Of a stretch of DNA of 64,000 nt, positions 37,632-50,648 are shown piece by piece. This DNA comes from Eledone cirrhosa (taxonomy: Eukaryota). The notes under the pieces were generated by a model. The model did not search any database. It saw only the letters and a list, made by a program, of their open reading frames with translations, and was not told the origin of the DNA. The stretch spans positions 398,350,001 to 398,414,000 of the forward strand of contig OZ024741.1 of the NCBI GenBank assembly GCA_964016885.1, in the 5' to 3' direction. A program made the translations under genes and the position numbers. Numbering within the stretch: position 1 is the first letter of the stretch; each line of letters begins with the position of its first letter.

Positions 37632-37898
37632 GAAACGTTCCTTGGCAAAGAACGGGAAAAAACGAATATAATACGTCATTAATAGGAGCGGTGAAAAACA
37701 ATTACACGCAAAGACAGAACCACGTTTATGGTATAAAAGAGGTCGTAGACTAATATTCTCTTAGGTGGTTCATAGAGACGTTCTCTGGCAATGAACGGAA
37801 AAAACGAAGATAATACGTCATATGTGGAGCGTGGAGAACAATTGCACGCAAAGACAAAACCACGTAAATGGTATAGCAGAAGTCGTAGACTAAAATTC
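37632..37898. repeat. Imperfect ~144-bp direct repeat in the PLE 3' region
   Basis: acgttc..tggcaa.gaacgg..taatacgtcat..cacgcaaagaca.aaccacgt..gtcgtagactaa.attct occurs at 37632-37759 and 37775-37898. Confidence 0.8.
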
Positions 37899-39537
37899 TA
37901 ACTAGGAAACCGAATGAATCTCCGCTTCAGAGTTAAGAATAAAGTAAATAAAATACAATACAGAGGTAATAGAAAATAAATAAATACATACACGCATGCA
38001 AATACGTACATACACAAGCATACGCGAAAACACTTGCCATAGGTATACAAAACCACGCACATATAAATATGTGTATGTGTGTGTGCGTGTATACAAATAA
38101 ATAAATAATTAAATAAACGTATATAAATAAATAAATACATATATAACAAGCGCACACACATACCTACATGTAAATACACAAATGTTCGGAGACGACGTCA
38201 ACCAAAACATGAAGTACACAATACACACACCCTACATACGTACGAACCTGCATACTCACACAGATGCAAAACTCCCGTATACGCATAACCAAACCATATG
38301 TACCAGAATATATAAAAAATTATACGCCATAACATATACAATCAAATATACGTACAAGAAAGTATACGTACCTTCACAAAACATACAGGTAATATATACT
38401 TACCTATGCAAATAAGTAATGGTATAAACAAAACATATACTTAGCTACCATATCAAGACGTAAAATATCCACGTATAGATCGTACTATCCGTTAGGGTAT
38501 AACGTGGGGCTGTAATACAGGAAAGTTTTGTGCAATTTATGTTTACAAGCCGAAATTGCCTCAAATTTTTTTGTGGTCTGTGGCGTAGAGTATTTCTAGG
38601 GCCTCAGCGGCGCAGAGGTCACGTGGTCTTTTATTTCCGTTATACAATCTAGCCCTAGCTAGGATCTCCCAGTGTAACTTATATTGGGTGTGGTTGTCTT
38701 TTAGACTCCAAATATAAGCTGAAAGTGACGTCATATTCCTTCTTAGAGGGTAATGAAAAGAATGGGTATGCATGTAAAGACGCTGCTTGAATCTATTGGC
38801 GGTTAACCCTATGTAGGCCCTACGGGACGTGGGTGTTTCAACCTTACATTTGTAGACAATGTTACTAGAGAGGCATTTCCCGGATAGGGGGCAATCAACC
38901 CGATTCCTACAATTACAGTTAGTACTAACTACAGGGTTGCACGTGTTCCTACGGCTAGGTAGTTTAGCTAAATTTGAAGCTCTTATGATATGTGCAAGGT
39001 TAGGAGTCGTAGAGTAAGAAATTTTAATAGTATTTCTATTAAAAATGTTACTATATTTATGTGTAGGGGGAAATGCTTCGTAATAAGGGAAAGAAAGATC
39101 TTAGCTAATGGTGTGGCCACCTCCATATTATATGGTGGGTTATACCAACAAATGCGACGGGATCTATTTCTTCTAGGTCTATTTTCGTACTCCGTATATG
39201 CTACCTTATCGACAAATCCACTCCGAGCAAGAGCTTCATTGTAATAAGTGGAATGGTCGTTGAAAATATGCTCGTTAGTAGATAGACGGGAAAGCCTCAA
39301 CGAAACGTTTCTTGCCAGGTTCTTGGTTATGCTGGCAGGATGGTTGGAATGCTTACTTATGTAATTAAGCGTATCATTCGGCTTTCTCTCTATACAGGTT
39401 GAGGCCAATCTCTCAGTCGTTAATTACCTCGACGTTACCCTCAATTTATCGAATGGGTTGTATTACCCATATAGAAAGCCGAATGATACGCTTAATTACA
39501 TAAGTAAGCATTCCAACCATCCTGCCAGCATAACCAA

Positions 39538-39799
39538 TATATCAGAGTTTTCCTTCTCCTAGAATTCTGCCTTGACAAAGGCTAAGGGGTCATCTCTCCC
39601 GGTGATTTTGGATGGCCATTGACTCTTAAGAGCTCCTTTGCCCTTTGACAGGTTTTGTTTTTAGTCCTGCAGGATGTCCAAAGTCACCCTCCTCACCAAG
39701 AAACCTTGGTGGGCTTGCCAGTTTAGTCGCCAACGACCCGACCATGAGACAGGTTGTACTGGGATACATGTTTCCAGTAGCACCAACTGGTGACATGAC
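39538..39799 (-). mobile_element. 5' segment of the RTE-derived element seen at 30017 (copy B 56637-56898)
   Basis: 39538-39602 is the reverse complement of 30019-30083 and extends ~200 bp further 5'. Confidence 0.7.
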
Positions 39800-39803
39800 A
39801 TAT

Positions 39804-39837
<34 letters not shown>

Positions 39838-39920
39838 TATATAATGATAATAAGCAGTAGGACCAAGGTGTCAAAATAATATAATTATGTTTATTCACAT
39901 TTGATGTGTGTTTTGCGATT

Positions 39921-40214
39921 GGTGGTGGTGGTGGTAGTAGAGTCATAGTAGCAGTAGTAGTAGTAGTAGCAGCAACAGCAGTACAGAACCAGTAGTAGTT
40001 GTAGTAGCAGCACCACCAGCATTACTAGCAGTAGTAGTAGTAGCAGCAGCAGTAATAGTAGTAGTAGTAGTAGCAGCAGCAGTACAGAACCAGTAGTAGT
40101 TGTAGTAGCAGCATTACTAGCAGCAGTAATAGTAGTAGTAGTAGTAGTAGCAGCAGCAGCATTACTAGCAGTAGTAGTAGTAGTAGTAGTAGTAGTAGCA
40201 GTAGTAGTAGTAGT
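39921..40214. repeat. (TAG)/(CAG) trinucleotide tract (copy B 57020-57304)
   Basis: Direct inspection. Confidence 0.95.
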
Positions 40215-40301
40215 ATATTATCTATCATCATTACTATATATTTATGGGGGTGGTTTTACTCACAATTGATATTTTTATCAACATTTCACCCACCCTGTAA
40301 A

Positions 40302-40735
40302 TGTTTATGTATGTGTGTTTGTATGTGTGGGTATGTGTGTGTATGTGTTTGAGTTTGTGTGTATGTATGTGTATCTATTTTTGTATGTGTATGTTTGTGT
40401 ATATGTATCTATGTTTATATGTGTTTGTGTATCTATGTTTGTATATGTTTGTGTAGGTGTATCTATGTTTGTATGTGTGTGTGTTGAGTTTGTGTGTATG
40501 TATGTGTATATGTTTGTATCTATATGTGTTTGTGTTTGTGTATGTATGTGTGTGTGTTTGTTTGTGTATGTGTATCTATGTATGTGAGTATGTATGTTTG
40601 TGTATCTATGTTTGTACGTGTATGTATGTTTTTGTATGTATGTGTATGTTTGTGAGTATGTATGTTTTTGTATGTCTATGTTTGTATGTGTATGTTTGTG
40701 TATGTGTCTCTATGTTTGTATGTTTGTATGTTTTA
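40302..40735. repeat. TG-rich low-complexity tract (copy B 57392-57825)
   Basis: Direct inspection. Confidence 0.93.
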
Positions 40736-40855
40736 TCAATATTTCTGCTACCATTTAAATGGTTATAACAAAAATACTGATCAATCTCCGATGGGTCTCG
40801 AGATGGAAATAAAGATTGCATTGTATATATATTGACTTTTACTTATGTTTATATC

Positions 40856-40892
<37 letters not shown>

Positions 40893-41026
40893 CATTTATG
40901 TTAGGCTGTTTACCAATGGGTAGAACTGGGGGTTCCGGTTAGTAAACGATGATGCAATAAATTAATTAAAGCACCCAACATTATGCAAATCATCCATCGT
41001 AGATGTGGTTTCCAGTGGGAATGGAG

Positions 41027-41428
41027 TCATCATCATCATCATCATCACCGTTTTACATCCGTTCTTCCATGCTAGCATGGGTTAGACAGGTTGTCCTGTT
41101 GTGGGCAGTGTCTGGTCGGCTGACCATGCCTTGCTCATACAGGAACTGATTTGGCTTGATTTCTACAGCTGGATGCCCTTCCTAACACCAACCTCATTTA
41201 CAGTGAGTGCTGGGTGCTTTTTTGCCGTGGCACCTCCACGACCACCTTGCAGTGGGGGGCGTGGGGGCATATTGTCTATATGCTTCAGCTTGTACCCATG
41301 GGAGGTCGAGTATTCTGTATTACTGCGTGACGCCAGAGGTCACGGTCGTTTGTCATTGCCTTTGAGAGGTGTAATTGTGAAAGGTCGGCTTTTATCACCT
41401 CATCCCAGGTCATCTTGGGTCTCCCCAT
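41027..41428 (-). mobile_element. RTE family 2 3' fragment (copy B 58115-58516)
   Basis: Homologous to 42036-42487; (CAT)n tail. Confidence 0.9.
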
Positions 41429-41854
41429 TCATTAAAACCACAACAGAAGGCCGGACTAGAAAATGTAGTTAATAATTTTAATTCCATGAGATCATTATAC
41501 ATATTTCCATGGCCCAGCTCTACCATCTGATTATGGTGCAAGACTAAACGATTTCATCAGGTGTTATTTGCAGGATTACATTGAACCTAAACAGAAGAGA
41601 AAAGCGAAAAGAGAAAATAGAGGATGGATTCGATTCAGGGGCAGCATGCCCATGCCAATTTGGTGTTGTAGCCATGACTGATGCTGCCCGAGAGTTCATA
41701 TGTGATTGACGAAGACCCCGTGATAAATAGGTGAAACTCCAGAGTAACAAGACTCACTATTTAGCCTTAATAAAATGAATATATATATATATATATATAT
41801 ATATAGATATATATATATAGATATATATATATATATAAACGTGTCTGTGTGTAT

Positions 41855-41903
<49 letters not shown>

Positions 41904-41986
41904 ACTGGTAATAAAGTGGTAAAGAATTACTGACCTTTCCTGTTTATAATTATATATAGTGTATATATAAGTATAAATAATATTAT

Positions 41987-42021
<35 letters not shown>

Positions 42022-42035
42022 CATACATACATATA

Positions 42036-43488
42036 TCATCATCATCATCACCGTTTTACGTCCGTTCTTCCACGCTAGCATGGGTTAGACGGGTTGTCCT
42101 GTTGTGGGCAGTGTCCGGTCGGCTGACCTTGTCTTGCTCATACGGGAACTGATACTGGCTTGATTTCTACAGCTGGATGCCTTTCCTAACACCAACCTCA
42201 TTTACAGTGAGTGCTGGGTGCTTTTTTCTGTGGCGCCTACACATCCACTTTGCAGTGTGCGCTGGGTGCTTTTTTTGCCGTGGCACTTCCACGACCACTT
42301 TGCAGTGGGAGGGTGTGGGGGCATATTGTCTATATGCTTAAGCTTCGGCTTGTACTCGTGGGGGGTCGGGTCTTCTGTATTACTGCGTGACGCCAGAGGT
42401 CACGGCCGTGTGTCATCGCCTCTGAGAGGTGTAATTGGGTAAGGTCGGCTTTTATCACCTCATCCCAGGTCATCTTGGGTCTCCCCACTCCGCGGTTTCC
42501 ATCGACTTCTAGTGCTCTGCACCTTTTTATGCAGGTGTCATCCTTCATACACATCACATGTCCATACCAACGCAACCGCCACTCCTGCACACAGCATTTG
42601 ATTCCCGTTATGTTCAGTCTCTCTCTCAATTCATTTATGCTTTGCCGTTCGAGTATATTACTATTACACATCCATCGGAGCATGCAGGCTTCATTTCTTT
42701 CTAATCTACGCAAGTCTTCCACAGACAGCGCCCAGGTCTCACTACCATGTAACATTGTTGTTCGTATACACGCATCATACAGTCTGCCTTTCATTTTGAG
42801 GGAAAATCCTTTTGCAGCTAGCAGTGGCAGTAGTTCCCTAAACTTCTTCCATTCCGTTCTTACCCTAGTTATTGTACTTTCCGAACGCACATCTCTGCTG
42901 CTAATTCGGTCACCTAGGTAGCAGAAGCTGTCTACAGTTTCTACAGAGCCCTCCCAGAGTTTGGTGGTACTTGTTTCCTGTGGCTGTTTGCTGCTTGCTG
43001 TCCCAGCACAGCTGCTACATGTAAAGCCTTCATTCTTAATTAAGCTTCCTGAGATCCGCTACATCTCTTGTGTACCCATTGTTTGCATTTGAGGCAGAGA
43101 ATGGAGTTCCTACCTACATACTGAGCAAGGCCATTTCCCTGAGGGGATCTGGGTTCTGTTTTCTCGTCTACTTACAAAGACCTTAGTCTTTGTCAGGTTG
43201 ACTTTGAGACCCTTTCTTTCTAGTCCCTGCTTCCAAGATTGGAATTTCTTCTCTAGTTCTACCATAGATTCAGCTATAAGTGCGAGGTCATCTGCATACA
43301 CGAGTTCCCATGGGCATCCGGTCTTAAACTCTTCCATTATTGCCTGCAGAACTATGATGAACAGAACCTTGGTGGACACTGAGCTTTACGCTAAATTCCT
43401 CGCTATAGTCATTGCTAATCCTAACTTTGCTGACTGCTCCCCTATACATGGCTTGTACAGCTTTCACAAGCCATTCATCTACTCCTAG
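42036..43488 (-). mobile_element. 5'-truncated, decayed RTE family 2 copy (copy B 59134-60586)
   Basis: ORFs 42330-42890 and 43110-43379 (ELVYADD, RLRWYGHV, GRPK.TW), diverged from family 1 and with a different 3' UTR. Confidence 0.92.
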
Positions 43489-43544
43489 TTATATATTTAT
43501 CAACACACACATATATATCTATATATATATATATATATATATAT

Positions 43545-43982
43545 CACTACCCCCCACCCCATCCACACCACCCCTTTCAATGTAAAGTTATGTTGGTACC
43601 ACAACATCCAGGCCGAAACAAATGAGGTTGTGTAGGTGTCACGACAAAAAAACACACAGTCCACGCTGTAATGTGGCCGTGTAGGTAACACGGTAAAAAC
43701 CTCCCAGTCCCACACTGTAAATGTGGTTGGTGTTAGGAAGGGCATCCAGCTGTAGAAAACACGCCCGACAGTCCACGCTGTAATGTGGCCGTGTAGGCAA
43801 CACGGTAAAAACCTCCCAGCCCCACACTGTAAATGTGGTTGGTGTTAGGAAGGGCATCCAGCTGTAGAAAACCCGCCAGACAGTCCTATGCGAGCAAGAC
43901 AACCACTCTTGCCTTAAGTGGGAAAACCCCCGTCCAAACCCATACAAGCGTGGAACAGGGACGTTAAACGATGATGATGATG

Positions 43983-43984
<2 letters not shown>
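43545..43984 (+). mobile_element. Chimeric RTE family 1 3' UTR at the duplication junction
   Basis: Left part matches 60641-60782, right part matches 26666-26898 including the 112-bp duplication. Confidence 0.9.
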
Positions 43985-44015
<31 letters not shown>

Positions 44016-44035
44016 TGTATATGTATGTATGTATG

Positions 44036-44067
<32 letters not shown>

Positions 44068-45512
44068 TATGTATGTATGTATATATGTATATATATATGT
44101 ATGTGTGTATATATATATATGTATGTATGTATATATGTATATATATATGTATGTATGTATATATATATATATATGTATGTATGTATATATGTATATATAT
44201 AAATGTATATATATATATGTATATATATATATGTATGTATGTATATATGTATATATATAAATGTATATATATATATGTATATATATAAATGTATGTATGT
44301 ATATATGTATATATATAAATGTATGTATGTATATATGTATATATATATATTGTATATATGTATATATATATGTATGTATGTATATATATATATTGTATAT
44401 ATGTATATATGTATGTATATATATATATATTGTATATATGTATATATGTATTGTATATATGTATATATATGTATGTATGTATATATGTATATATATGTAT
44501 ATATGTATATGTATGTATGTATATATATATATATATGTATGTATATATATATATATATGTATGTATGTATATATGTATATATATATATGTATGTATATAT
44601 GTATATATATATGTATGTATATATGTATATATATATATTTATGTATATATATATATGTATATATATATATGTATGTATATATATATGTATATATATATAT
44701 ATGTATGTATATATGTATATATATACATTGGATGTAAATCAGCAGGAGGACTCATGCGACATGCAAAAGTACACGAACTTCAACCACAGCCGACTATTCC
44801 CAGTGAATGTTTTGGTTGCCGACTCTGTGCAAGACATTTTAGATCATTGGCTGGGCTAAAAAGCCACATTCGATCGCAACACTGTTAGTTGCTATCGTGT
44901 GTGTGTGTGTGTAGATATGCTTATGTGCATGCGTGTGTGTGTATATATATATGAATATGTATATTATTATTGTTGTTGTCGTTATTATTATTATTGTTAT
45001 TATTATTATTATTTTTTTTTTTTTTTTTTTTTTTTTTTCTTGTGCAATGGCCATACTCGATAACGAGGGGGCAGCCATCCAATGATGTTGACTTGTTCTT
45101 CTTTTTGGTAAATATCATCTTGGTTAAGAGAGTGGGACTGGCTTTGTTCAGTGCCTTTGCTCACTATAAAAGCTTCACGGCACAAGCACTGCTTTATATC
45201 TGGAGATCTCTCTGCACTTGTCGTCACATGGTGCCATGGGCCCAGCACTATGTGTCAATAATTGTCACAAGTGTAGTGTTTGTACCAGAGTTTTCAAGTC
45301 GCTGGCTGGACAAAAAGTCACACTCGTTCAGCGCATCAGTAGGGGTTCTCCTACATGGATATAAAGTAGTGGTCGTACTCGAAAATGAGTTGGCAGCCAC
45401 CATATATATATATATATGTATGTATGTATATATATATGTATGTATCTATATATATATATGTATGTATGTATGTATATATATATGTATGTATGTATATATA
45501 TATGTATGTATC

Positions 45513-45590
<78 letters not shown>

Positions 45591-45628
45591 TGTATGTATA
45601 TAAATATGTATGTATATGTATGTATGTG

Positions 45629-45660
<32 letters not shown>

Positions 45661-45682
45661 TGTATGTATATATATATGTATG

Positions 45683-45716
<34 letters not shown>

Positions 45717-45746
45717 TATGTATGTATATATATATATATATATATG

Positions 45747-45859
<113 letters not shown>

Positions 45860-46941
45860 ATATATATATATATATATAGTATTAGTATTGGTATGTCTCT
45901 TGGCTGAAAAGGAGGTCATATAACTGTCCATGCATTAATAAATTGCTCCGAAGAATCCAAACCTCGGTTTGGAGGAAACAGCTGTAAGCACAATAATGTT
46001 TTGAACAGTTCTTTGATTCTTATATTTCATATATATATATATATATATATTTATGTATGTATATATATATATATATTTATGTATATATGTATATATATAT
46101 ATATATATATTTATGTATATATGTATATATATATATATTTATGTATATATATATGTATATATGTATATATGTATATATATATTTATGTATATATGTATAT
46201 ATATTTATATGTATGTATATATGTATATATATATATATATGTATGTATATATGTATATATATATATGTATGTATATATGTATATATATATATATATGTAT
46301 ATATATCATCATCATCATCATCATCATCAACGTTTAACGTTCGTGTTCCACGCTTGCATGGGTTTGGACGGGGGTAGTCCCACTTGAGGCAAGAGTGATT
46401 GTCTTGCTCGCATAGGACTGTCTGGCAGGTTTTCTACAGTTGGATGCCCTTCCTAACACCAACCACATTTACAGTGTGGGTCTGGGAGGTTTTTACCGTG
46501 CAGCCTAATTTGCATGTTGAGTGAGTTAAATCGGTCAGGCATACCGAAAACGATAAGTTGAAAAAAATGAAAACGAAATTTCATTTCTCACTCTTAGTAT
46601 GGCACTTACTTAAATGTAAGTATGTATGTATACGTACATACATATATGTATACAGACGTACTGCTCAGCCGTTAATTTTCATAAGGAAAGTATATACTTT
46701 CGAACGTTCAACTATCTGGCAGATGGGTAAACGGTGCTGATGATAGCTAACAAGCTTGAAACTAGTACATCGTTCCTGTGTCAGTGTTGAACAAAAAGGT
46801 GACGTGGTTGCCTTAACACCGTATGGCATAAATTCAGGCTGTTCAGTTTGTTGACAAACGAACAAAGCGGCGTTATAATAAGCGTCCGCTAAACTGATGC
46901 GTGCATATATGTATGTGTACATGTATGTATATATGTATATG

Positions 46942-47007
<66 letters not shown>

Positions 47008-47613
47008 TGCTTCTGTACGTCTGTATACATATATGTATGTACGTATACATACATACTTACATTTATATATATATATATGTATATATATATATGTATGTAT
47101 ATATATGTGTATGTATCTCCGGGAGAGATGACCCCTTAGCCTTTATCAAGGCAGAATTCTAGGAGAAGGAAAACTCTGATATAACACCTGCAACCCTGAT
47201 GGTATCCAATGATGTTGACTTGTTCTTCTTTTTGGTAAATATCATCTTGGTTAAGAGAGTGGGACTGGCTTTGTGCAGTGCCTTTGCTCACTATAAAAGC
47301 TTCACGGCACAGGCATTGCTTTATATCTGGAGATCTCTCTGCACTTGTCATCACGTGGTACCATGGGCCCAGCACTATGTGTCAATAATTGTCACAAGTG
47401 TAGTGTTTGTACCAGAGTTTTCAAGTCGCTGGCTGGACTAAAAAGTCACACTCGTTGAGCGCATCGGTAGGGGTTCTCCTACATGGATATAAAGTAGTGG
47501 CCGTACTCGAAAACGAGTTGGCAGCCACCACCATGTATATATGTATATATATGTATGTATATATATATATGTATATATATATATGCATGTATATATATGT
47601 GTATGTATATATG

Positions 47614-47651
<38 letters not shown>

Positions 47652-47661
47652 TATATGTATG

Positions 47662-47711
<50 letters not shown>

Positions 47712-48148
47712 TATGTGTATGTATATATGTATGTATATATGTATATATATATATATATATGTATGTATATATGTATATATATATATGTATGAATATATGT
47801 ATATATATATAATGGAGGCACATGGCTTAGTGGTTAGAGCATTGGCCTTGCAATCAAAAGGTTGTGAGTTCAATTCTCAGACAGGGTGATGTGTTGTTTC
47901 CTTGAGCAAGACACTTTATTTCACATTGCTCCAGTTTACTCAGCTGTAGAAATAAGATGATAGGACTAGGGTCCATATCATTCCACTGCAAAGTGGTCGT
48001 GGAGGTGCCACGGAAAAAAAGCATCCAGCACTCACTGTAAATGAGGTTGGTGTTAGGAAGGGTATCCAGCCAGAATCAGTTCCTGTCCCACCCTTGCAAG
48101 CAGGGAAAAGCGGACGTAAAATGATGATGATATATATATGTATGTATA

Positions 48149-50644
48149 TCATCATCATCATCATCATCGTTTAACGTCCATCTTCCACGCTTGGATGGGT
48201 TTGGACGGGAGTTCTCCCACTTGAGGCAAGAGTGGTTGTCTTGCTCGCATTGGACTGTCTGGCGGGTTTTCTACGGCTGGATGCCCTTCCTAACACCAAC
48301 CACGTTTACAGTGTGGACTGGGAGGGTTTTACCGTGTTACCTACACGGCCACATTACAGCGTGGACTGTGTGGTTTTTTGTCGTGACACCTACACGACCT
48401 CATTTGTTTCGGACTGGATGTTGTGGTACCAACATAACTTTACATTGAAAGGGGTAGTGGGATGGGGGTGTATTTTTGTTAGAGGTGCCTACTGACTGTA
48501 GTAGGTTTCACTTTGTACTTAGGTACGGCGGGTCTTCTGTATTACTGTGTAGCGCCAAAGATCTCGGTCCAGTGACATTTTCTTGGAGATGTGTAAGTGT
48601 GTGAGGTCGGAATTTATCAAGTCGTCCCAGGTTTTTCTGCGTCTGCCTACTCCGTGGCTCCCGTCTATTTTTATTGCCCTGCACTTTTTTATACAGCTGT
48701 CGTCTTTCATGCGCATCATGTGACCATACCAACGTAGTCTTCTCTTCAGTAAACAACATCAGATCCCTCTTATACCTAATTTTTCCCTTAGTTCGTTTAT
48801 GCTTTGCCGTTCACGTATGTTACTATTACACATCCAGCGGAGCATGCAAGCTTCGTTCCTCTCCAGTCTGCGTATATCCTCTGCACACTATACCCAGGTC
48901 TCACTGCCATGTAACATTGCTGTTCGTATGCAGGCATCATACAGCCTGCCTTTCATTTTTAGAGAGAACCCTTTAGCGGCTAATAGTGGTATAAGCTCTC
49001 TGAACTTTTTCCATCCAGTTCTGACTCTAGCTACTCTACTTTCAGAGCACCCTCCACCACTGCTGATTTTGTCACCCAAGTAACAGAAGGTGTCCACTAT
49101 TTCTATAGAACCATCTGTGCAATGGAATGAGCTAGTATTCTGTGAGCACTTGCTGCTACTTATTGCACCAGAGCACCGGCCACATATAAAATCTATATTC
49201 TTAGTTAGCTTACCTGTGATCCCACTACATCTTTTATGCACCCATACTTTGCATTTGGGACATAAAATGGAGTTTCTACCTACTCCTTTCCTACACACTG
49301 AGCATGGCCATTTCCCAGATGGGACCGGTGCCCTATTTTGCTTCCTACAAACTAGAACTTTAGTCTTAGACAGGTTAATTTTAAGACCTTTTGATTCTAG
49401 GCCATGTTTCCATGTTTGGAATTTCTTCTCTAGTTCAGCCATTGATTCAGCTATGAGCGTTAGATCATCTGCGTATAGTAGTTCCCATGGGCAGCCGGTC
49501 TTGAACTCCACTGTTATAGCCTGAAGGGCAATAATAAATAGTAGGGGGCTAAGAACAGAGCCCTGATGAACACCAACTTTTACGCTAAACTCTTCACTAT
49601 ATTCGTTGTTAATTCTAACCTTGTTGACTGTTTCTTTATACATGGCTTGTATAGCTCTCACAAGCCATTCATCAACACCTAGTTTTCTAAGAGACCACCA
49701 GATAATGGAACGGGGGACTCTGTCAAAGGCTTTCTCCAAGTCGACAAAAGCTAAGTATGGGGGTTTACTTTTAGCTAGGTACTTCTCCTGTAGTTGTCGT
49801 ACAATGAAAAGAGCGTCTGTGATACTTTTACCTGACACAAACTCGAACTGCATTTCATCTAGATCAATTCGCTCTCTGATTAGTTGCGCTATTACTTTTT
49901 CTGTGACCTTCATGACCTGGTCGATTAATTTAATACCTCTATAGTTACCCCTATCTAGGGCATCTCCTTTACCCTTGTAGCAGTTAATGATGATGCTGCT
50001 ATACCAGTCCTTAGGAACAACCCCATTCTGTATGACTTGGTTTACTATCCGGGTGACCATGGTGTGTCCCACCGTTCCAGAAGCTTTCAGCATTTCAGCA
50101 ACTATTTCCGAAGGCCCAGCCGCCTTACCCGTCTTCATATCTCTGATTGCCTTACTTATTATACTACCTTCGACTAACACTGCTTGTGCCACTATTGGAT
50201 CGATGTAGAGGAGACTGTCTTTCTCCCATTTATTCTCCTCATTTAGTAGCCTTTCGTAGTGACACTTCCAAGCTACCTTCTTATCAGTGTCAGTGATGGC
50301 AAGTACGCCATCATCATTAAGGACACACTTCTCCCCGACAATATCACGGTTTTCCTTGACACATTGCCTAGCAATCCTGAATACCTCACATTTTTGGTCC
50401 TCGCGTTGTAGAACATGCTTGAACTTTCTTTCCTCTGCTTCCCTTCTTGCGAAGTACACTTGTCTCCTAGCTTCCCTCCTGGCCACTTGATAGTCTTCTC
50501 TACTTCCCCCATCCCGCCATACTTTCCAAGCCTGCTTTTTGGCCTTAATTGACTCCTCCATCTTACTGTTCCACCACCACGTTACTCTCCTCCTGCCTGT
50601 AGGCCTGCTCCGGCCACAGACTTCATCTGCCGCCATCAGCAGGT
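48149..50644 (-). mobile_element. RTE family 1 truncated copy (duplicate of 31050-33545)
   Basis: ORF 48888-50636 differs from 31789-33537 at two residues. Confidence 0.95.
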
Positions 50645-50648
50645 ATGT

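Larger units (their letters stand above)
37385..39537 (-). mobile_element. 5'-truncated Penelope-like element, probably Naiad clade
   Basis: RT thumb RKPNDTLNYISKHSNHP..ICWYNPPY..KHFP (38983-39387); CNCRNRVDCPLSGKC..IVYKC..AYIGLT..FKQR..LSAYIWSLK..DLC..E GIY-YIG domain (38560-38920); long 3' non-coding region. Confidence 0.88.

Noticed and set aside
38486-39000. Selenocysteine recoding in the Naiad-like element
   Set aside because: No in-frame TGA at conserved Cys positions in the part present and no SECIS identified by eye.
39690-39725. Twister ribozyme (caagccc..ggaggg on the minus strand)
   Set aside because: The P4 5' strand and pseudoknot partners could not be placed.
40777-40816. Hammerhead-like CTGATCA..ATCTC/GAGAT..GGAAA
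   Set aside because: Essential core G is altered and no stem I or III could be formed.
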